From: an uncultured Gammaproteobacteria bacterium
GTDB lineage: Bacteria > Pseudomonadota > Gammaproteobacteria > UBA9214
NCBI GenBank assembly: GCA_963763115.1
Contig: CAVXNM010000026.1
Span: forward strand, 7,055 to 71,054
Reading direction: 5' to 3'
DNA: 64,000 bases
Under the pieces are notes generated by a model. That model made no database searches and was not told where the DNA came from. It saw only the letters and a list, made by a program, of their open reading frames with translations. Of the stretch, positions 57,149 to 64,000 are shown in pieces (within the stretch, counting starts at the first letter, position 1; each line of letters opens with the position of its first letter). A program made the position numbers and the translations under genes.

Positions 57149-57901
57149 ATGAGACTATTCAGGGGAATACTGTTCGCCTTTGTCATGACGCTCACAGCGT
57201 GCGGTGACAATACAACATCAAGCGCCAAGTTGCCGGCAACGGAAAATGCTCAAGCGAGCACAAGGGTGGCAAAGTCAGAAACTGCGGATGCTGCCTGTGG
57301 CCAGGGTGGGTCATCCTGTCCCGCAGGACTCGAATGTGAGGCATACCGGGATGGCCAGGCATTGTGTGTACCCACTGCGGTACCGGCCGTGGTGCTGTTA
57401 AAAGACGCAACACGGGGTGGCAGCTGCCTGATGGCTTCCGCTGCGGACCGTTTCCCGGGTATATCGATCGCATCCGTAGAGGTTCTTGCCATGGATCGTT
57501 CTTTTAGGGGGCGGGGGAGGCTGGTCTGGGATAAAGCAGGCTATGAGGTTGCCGCCAACCGCGGCGTGGCCCCCGATGGCGTCCAGTTCATTGGCGATAT
57601 TTGTACAGATGCGTACAACCTGGGCTGTGATGGAATGGCTGTATTCGAGATCGTCGATGAAACCGGAACTGTACTGAAACTTCGCGAAGGCGAACACCTG
57701 GTCGTTCAGACGCGCGGCAAGGAAACCTGTGGCGAAGAATTCGCAGACGGCGTCGAGGGTAAGATCTGCCTGGATCCAGCAGCGGCGGCAACAGGCGACC
57801 TGACCAGTTGCACCTGGCCTTTACCTCTGGGTCCGCTCAATAAGTCCCAGTATGGTCCGGACCGTTTCGGTGGAACCCTGGGTACTGTGCTGATGCAATA
57901 A
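57149..57901 (+). CDS. hypothetical lipoprotein
   Basis: MRLFRGILFAFVMTLTAC lipobox. 250 aa, Cys-rich. No recognisable domain. Confidence 0.55.
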   Translation: MRLFRGILFAFVMTLTACGDNTTSSAKLPATENAQASTRVAKSETADAACGQGGSSCPAGLECEAYRDGQALCVPTAVPAVVLLKDATRGGSCLMASAADRFPGISIASVEVLAMDRSFRGRGRLVWDKAGYEVAANRGVAPDGVQFIGDICTDAYNLGCDGMAVFEIVDETGTVLKLREGEHLVVQTRGKETCGEEFADGVEGKICLDPAAAATGDLTSCTWPLPLGPLNKSQYGPDRFGGTLGTVLMQ

Positions 57902-58207
57902 CACTTGAAGGTGCTGGTTTTCATGACCGTGCGACTCAACCAACAATCATTCTTCGAGCCCTTGCCCGTCCAGACAATGGCCTCTCACGTTCATCGAAGT
58001 TCACCGATTCGGGGCGAACCATGATGAACGACCGTCGAAATGAAGAGAAGCCCTGACTGCACTGAGACGGGTCCACGCGTGATATGCTTGAGCCGCTGGA
58101 TATCATGGACTTTAATTGTATTTTTGTAATTGTACCTGGTCCCTTGTCTTGATAAGAATACTCTTGCCGGATGCAGTCCGGTCGTTCACGGTAATGGAGA
58201 CAATAGT

Positions 58208-58600
58208 ATGAAAATATCTGCAGGCATCCTTTCTCTGTTAATACCTCTCTCGGCCATCGGCCAGAACTACCCCGGGATGAGTGGAGGTGATATGCAAAAC
58301 ATGATGCTGCAGATGCAGAAAATGCAGGTCTGCATGCAGAGTGTTGACCAGTCCCGACTCAAGGCATATGAACAGCAGGCAAACAAGGTTGAGGCCGAGG
58401 TAAAGTCATTGTGTGCAAGCGGCAAGCGTGATGAAGCCCAACAGAGGGCCATTGACCTTAGTCAGGAGTTCGCAAGCGATCCGGACGTCAGGAAAATGAT
58501 GGAATGCACGAAAATGATGAGCAGCGCCATGCCAAAGATGCCGTTTATGGATCAGGCCAATGAGTCTGGCAATTCAGTCAAGCATGTCTGCGATCAATAA
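58208..58600 (+). CDS. Met-rich secreted small protein
   Basis: Signal peptide MKISAGILSLLIPLSAIG. About 15 Met and 4 Cys in about 110 mature residues (MQNMMLQMQKMQVCMQ, KMMECTKMMSSAMPKMPFM). Confidence 0.55.
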   Translation: MKISAGILSLLIPLSAIGQNYPGMSGGDMQNMMLQMQKMQVCMQSVDQSRLKAYEQQANKVEAEVKSLCASGKRDEAQQRAIDLSQEFASDPDVRKMMECTKMMSSAMPKMPFMDQANESGNSVKHVCDQ

Positions 58601-58733
58601 TGGATTGCATACTCCGGGTGGATTTCTGCTATAGAAGATCCCGCTTCAACGATGGACCGGATTACGGGGGTCCGGTCAACCTGCAGCCATTGCGTCATCG
58701 AGCGCCGGAAACAACAACAGTGGCAAGCTGAAA

Positions 58734-61700
58734 TCAGCCGGCGTTGGTATCGTGGGCTGGTCCGGAAAGTGTCTCCGCATTTTTTAGCGCCGCGGCGTGA
58801 TCTCGCGCAATCAGCAGGTACATGGCCGGCACCACAAACAGTGTAAACAGCGTACCGATACCGAGGCCGGTGGCTATGACCAGCCCGATGGCAAAGCGAC
58901 TGGCCGCACCCGGACCGCCGGCGATCAGCAGCGGTACCATGGCCACGATCATGGACACCGTAGTCATCAGTATCGGGCGCAGGCGTATGGCAGCGGCCTG
59001 TTCCACCGCCTCACGCTTCGAAAGCCCCTGCTTTTGCTGCAACTGGTTGGCGAACTCGACAATCAGGATTCCGTTCTTCGCGATCAGGCCAATCAGCGTG
59101 ATCAGCCCGACCTGAGTGTAGATGTTCACCGTGGCCAGACCGAGTGTCATGAAAATCAGTGCGCCGGCAATCGACATCGGCACCGAGACCATGACGATCA
59201 GCGGATCACGCCAGCTTTCGAACTGGGCAGCCAGCACCAGATAGATAACCAGAATCGACAGGAAAAAAGTGACAATCAGCGCGCTGCCCTGCTGGGTATA
59301 CTGGCGCGACTCGCCCGAGTAGTCCCAGGTGAATCCGGGCGGAAATAGTTCACGGGCCTTGTCTTCGAGGAACTTCAGGCCATCGCCCAGCGACACGCCT
59401 GACACCGTGATGCCCTGAATCATGTTCGAATTGAGCTGCTGGAACTGGGTGCGCTGACTGGGTTCGACCGTCGATTCAAAGCGCACCAGCGTCGACATGG
59501 GAACCAGTTCACCGCTGCGAGTGGACAGATAATAGCTATTCAGCATGTCGGCATTCGCGCGGAATTCGCGCGCCACCTGGGGGATCACCTTGTAGCTTCG
59601 GCCCTCGAGACTGAATCGGTTGACAAAGTTTCCACCCAGCATGGTCGACAGGTTGCGGCCTATGTCCTGCATCGATATGCCAAGATCCGCGGCCAGATTG
59701 CGGTCAATCAGGATGTCGGTCTTGGGCCGGGTGAAATCGACGGTTTTCTGCAGGAACATGAACCGGCCGCTTGCCATGCCGGCGCCGATCAGTTCATCGG
59801 CCACCTGATCGAGACGGCCGAAATCCGCATCGGAGGTGATCACGAACTACAATGGCAGGCCGCCGCCGGAGCCCGGCAGACTGGGAAAGGGAAACACGGC
59901 GGTCTCGAAACCGGCGATGGCGCCCAGTTTCTGTTGCAGCTCCGGCTGCACTTCCATCTGTGAGCGCGAGCGCTGCGAGGGCTGCTCCATCTTGAAGCCG
60001 CCGAAGATGGTGCTGGTGTCACGGCCGAAACCTAGCAGAAAGAAACTTTCGTAATACTCGGGCACGCTTTCAAAGGCCTTCTGGATTTCGCGCGTGTAGG
60101 CCTCGTTGTATTCGAGTGCGGCGCTCTCGCCTGAAAAAACAGGATGCTCTGGTCCTCGGTCGGCGCCAGCTCGTTGGGAGTGGTAGTGAACATGAAATAG
60201 ATGCTTACCAGTACCATCAGCGCGAATACCAGCGTGACACCCACGTTCTCCAGCACACCGTGCAGGCGGCGCCGATAGGCATTGGCCAGCGAGGTAAAAA
60301 AGCGTTCGACCCTGACCTCGAAGCGGCCGGTCTGGCCGTGCGGCTTGAGTACTTTCGCCGACAGCATCGGTGACAGCGTAAGTGCCACCACGCCGGATAT
60401 CAGCACGGCGCCGGCCAGTGCAAAGGCGAACTCGGTGAACAGGGTACCGACCAGCCCGCCCATGAATCCGATCGGCGCATAGACCGCAACCAGTGTTGTG
60501 GTCATGGCAATGATCGGCATGGCCAGTTCGCGCGCGCCGAGCAAGGCGGCATCCATGCGCGACTGTCCTTCCTCGATGTGCCGGTGCACGTTTTCGACCA
60601 CAATGATGGCATCATCGACCACCAGGCCTATGGCCAGAACCAGCGCCAGCAGGGTCAGCAGGTTGATCGAAAACCCGAGGACCAGCATGATGAACGCCCC
60701 GCCGATCAGGGACAGGGGCACGGCCACGGCCGGTACCAGTGCGGCGCGCGCCGAGCCGAGGGAAAGATAGATGACCGCCAGCACGATCAGCACTGCTTCA
60801 GCGAGCGTCTTGAACACCTCGTTGATCGAATCCTCGATGTAGGCGCTGGCGTCATAGGGGATGTGTCCGTCAAGCCCTTGCGGTAACTGGCTCTTGATAT
60901 CCGGCATCAGGTCCTGGACCCGTTTGGCCACCGTCAGTGGATTGACCCCGGGCGCCGGCTCGATACCGATGAAAATCGCGGTCTGGTTCTTGTACTTGTT
61001 GGTCGAGTCATAATCTTCCGATCCCAGTTCCGGATCGGCGATATCCTCCAGCCGCACCAGCGTGCCGTCTTCGGCTCTGACCACCAGTCTGCGGAAATCC
61101 GCTTCACGACTGATATCGGTGTCAGCCGTCAGATCGATGGCGACATATTCACCCTTGGTCTGCCCAACCGCCGCCAGATAATTATTCTCTTCCAGTACAT
61201 CGGCCACCGCCTGGGCTGACACGTTCAATGCCGCCATGCGCTGCGGATCGAGCCATACCCGCAAGGCAAAGGTCTTGTTGCCGATCAATTCCGCCTTGGC
61301 GACGCCTGGCAAGGATTGCAGCTTGGGCTGCACGACCCGCAACAGGTAATCCGTGATCTGCGAAGGCGACATGATGTCGCTGTAGAACGCCATGTACATC
61401 AGCGCGGTGGTATCACCGGTTGTCGAATCGATGACCGGGTCGTCGGCTTCCGCGGGCAGGACATTGCGCTGGCTCGCGACCTTCGCCTGAATCTCGGCCA
61501 CTGCCGCGTTGGGATCGTGATTCAGCTCCATGTGCGCTTCGATGACGGAAATACCCTGGGTACTGCGCGCGAAGAGGTAGTCGATGCCATCCGCCTGCGC
61601 GATCGCCTGCTGCAAGGGCGTGGTTATGAAGCCTTTGATCAGTTCACTGCTGGCACCGGGATAGGTGGTTGTAACCGTAATAACGGTGTTTTTCAGCTCC

Positions 61701-61813
61701 GGGTACTGGCGCACGTCAAGCGCAGCAATCGAGCGTAACCCCACGACCAGTATCAGCAGGCTGACGACGCTGGCGAGTACCGGGCGGTGAATAAACAGAT
61801 CGGTGAATTTCAT
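58734..61813 (-). pseudogene. RND (HAE1/AcrB-type) efflux permease, inactivated by one homopolymer frameshift and one in-frame TAG
   Basis: The N-terminal 593-aa ORF, a 72-aa middle ORF and a 369-aa C-terminal ORF are collinear with AcrB-family proteins. Frameshift at the A6/T6 run 60134-60139 (T7 expected). TAG at 59847-59849 sits where LPLQFVITS is expected. Confidence 0.85.
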
Positions 61814-62906
61814 GGCGTGGCAGGCGAGGCGTACAGCCGGATCGAATTGTCGATTTTAACCGCCTGGCCGTTACGCAGCTTGTTCAGCCCGTCGCTGACT
61901 ACCTGGTCGTCTTCCTCGAGCCCCTCGATGATTTCGATACGGCCATCGCGCACCTCGCCGGTTTTAATCTGACGACTTTGCACCACCAGACCGCCGTCCT
62001 TTTCCTCGATGAAAAAGACCGCGTTACCGTAAGGATTGTAGGCAATGGCGCGTTCCGGCAACGTCATCACGTTATCGACCACCGGTAATACTGTGTCTAC
62101 CTCGGCGTACATTCCGGGTTTAAGAGCCAGGTCCGGATTGTCGAGGGTGGCACGCACCCGCGCACTGCGCGTTGCTGATTCGATACGTGGACTCACCGCG
62201 CTGATTGTTCCGCTGAATACGCGTTCAGGATAAGCCTGTACCCTGACCTCGACCGTCTGGTCAACGCTTAACTTGCCCAGGTAACGCTCGGGCAAACTGT
62301 AATCTGCATAAACGGGATTCAGTGCCTGCAATGACACGATGGACGAACCCGGTGCCAGGTACTGGCCGAGATCGACGGTACGAATACCCAGTACGCCTGT
62401 GAAGGGCGCACGCACGGCCTTCTTGGCGATATTCGCCTGGCTTGCCGCGACCATGGCTACGGCGCCGTCCAGGGTTGCCTTGGCCTCGTCATAGGAGGAC
62501 TGCGAGATGGTCTTTTCCGGGAGGAGTTTTTCCAGTCGCCGGAAATTCAGTTCCGCCAGAGTCCGGGCGGCAACCAGCGCAGCCAGATCAGCACGGTCGG
62601 CTTCGTCGTCGAGCTGCACCAGCAAGGTACCGGCCTCTACCTGTTGTCCGGAATCAAAGTGAATGGATTGCACGATGCCCGCGACTTCATTAGCAACCAG
62701 AACGCCCTCACTTGCGACCAGGCTGCCAACCGCCGACAGGCGCGGCTGCCAGCGCTCGCGTTGAACCCTGGCGCTGGCGATAACGGCCGGGGGCGGCGGC
62801 GCAGACATGGCGGCAGCCATTTTTTTCCCATGTAAAATTTCCACCCGAACAGACCGCCGAACAGGACCAGCAGAACAAGCAATACGAGCAATAGACGTTT
62901 TAGCAC
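61810..62906 (-). pseudogene. RND periplasmic adaptor (membrane fusion protein), frameshifted in a homopolymer
   Basis: The signal-anchor ORF MLKRLLLVLLVLLVLFGGLFGWKFYMGKK and the main body (AAAMSAPPPPAVIASARVQRERWQPRLSAVGSL...) lie in different frames. They join at the 7-nt run 62820-62826 (8 needed). ATGA overlap with the RND gene. Confidence 0.8.
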
Positions 62907-63635
62907 GATGTCTCTCAGGGGTGTGCGGGATATGTAAAGGGACTATGGACCAGCATTCTGCCCCGGTACGCAGCTCCGGTCCACTTGCCAACCCCCGTCT
63001 AAATCCTGACTTCGATTGTTGAATTTAATCATCCCGTCAGGGAGTCGTGACGCATCCTGCAATGCCGGGCAGGCCGGGCGAAATACACAGCAAACAGCGG
63101 GAGAAGGACATAACCGTTCACCTTTATCACTATAGGCATCGTTCTCGGGAAAAAGTATATTCAACTGAGAAACACCTATATGCTTGCTGTAGCGGGCGTT
63201 ATCTTGCTTGCAATATATACGGTTGTTTCTTGTTGATCGGATAGTCATTTTCTGCACCCTGAATTTGCCGAGCCTTATGTTACCAACGGCTGCATCTGGC
63301 CGACATCCGGAATGCTGCAGCAGGAGGGGAACGCCCGGTATTGCAATCCAGGACAAAGAAAATTCGTTTCAGTTCGAGCTGAGCCCTTCCCCTGCATACT
63401 ACATGCAAAGTCACCGTTCCCGGTACTTGGGACGAAGTATCAGGGATGACAGGCAGCCCCTGGTCCTGCGTTCCGGGCTCCCTGTTTGGAGAGATCACAC
63501 GTCCGTGATCCCGTGCGACACTGCCAGTGGGAAGGGCTCGTTGCATCAGGACAGGTATGATTTGCGGATGTTCAATGGTCGTGGACTTCACGGGAAACGG
63601 CTTCTATTCTCCTTCTGCTGCAACGGAGGTGACCC

Positions 63636-64000
63636 ATGAAATTGAATCTAACCGGCTTGCTGCTGGCCTGCCTGGCCGCTGCCGGGGCTGCCTGGTTGGT
63701 CGGTGGCCCATCCACACCCCCCTATGAAAACCAGCTGATCGGGGTAGCGATCCACCAGTCCTTCGGTGACGCGGCGTCACAGGTCACAGCGGAGCCGCTG
63801 GAGGTTCAGGCACTGCTGCTTGACTATGCCGACAACGAGCCGCTGGTGCTCAAGGCCCGATTGGCTCTGATGAAATACCCGGAACTGGCCCGTCGCATCC
63901 TGCCGATCTACGGGGGTGAGCCCGAGTTTCAGGTGGTCCTGATGACCTACGGGGAGGCGGTTCTGCCGCCCATCGCCTACTTTATGGATCACGACCTGAC
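63636..64000 (+). CDS. hypothetical exported/membrane protein, 3'-partial (runs off the window)
   Basis: GGAGG Shine-Dalgarno. MKLNLTGLLLACLAAAGAAWLVGG signal-like start. The frame is open to the window end. Confidence 0.5.
   Translation, partial: MKLNLTGLLLACLAAAGAAWLVGGPSTPPYENQLIGVAIHQSFGDAASQVTAEPLEVQALLLDYADNEPLVLKARLALMKYPELARRILPIYGGEPEFQVVLMTYGEAVLPPIAYFMDHDL

Noticed and set aside
1-64000. Search for CRISPR arrays, rRNA genes and intact tRNAs.
   Set aside because: I saw no regularly spaced 25-40-nt direct repeats. The only tandem repeat is the 2 x 20 bp unit at 28081. I saw no rRNA-like conserved strings. Every tRNA-like string lacks a complementary acceptor 5' strand.

Overview
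This is a 64-kb mosaic, accessory-type region. By eye the main coding blocks are roughly 55-62% GC, with several AT-richer inserts. The gene content looks Gram-negative (RND efflux pump, HigBA, TspO, PrkA-YeaH-SpoVR, SQR-type flavoprotein), but the taxon cannot be determined from this sequence alone. I found no rRNA, no CRISPR array and no intact tRNA. Three things dominate. (1) An apparently intact class IV (LanL-type) lanthipeptide gene cluster lies at about 15.4-24.7 kb. It comprises a candidate precursor ORF, an attenuator hairpin, a trifunctional lyase-kinase-cyclase, two Fe(II)/2OG dioxygenases, a translationally coupled 579-aa unknown, and a divergent P450 plus a sulfotransferase-like gene. 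A MerR regulator and a PARP-like ADP-ribosyltransferase cassette sit just upstream. (2) Mobile-element debris and gene decay are heavy. There is one intact IS30, one degenerate full-length IS481-like copy, about eight further transposase fragments, a frameshifted IstB, an IS630 fragment and a reverse-transcriptase remnant. At least ten ordinary genes carry frameshifts or nonsense codons, including an RND pump and its adaptor. (3) There are two families of tRNA-derived repeats. Four direct copies of a tRNA-Met 3' half with its terminator (one fused to an Arg-like 5' half) cut the window into island-like segments. Three to four T-arm-like fragments, each followed by a conserved hairpin, bracket small secreted-protein genes at 4.4-6.7 kb. 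Ordinary genes include cyanase, a rhomboid protease, a CBS protein, PhoU, an APC permease, a TAXI binding protein, a GH13_18 sugar phosphorylase and HupE/UreJ. All functional calls rest on motif recognition by eye; no database search was run.
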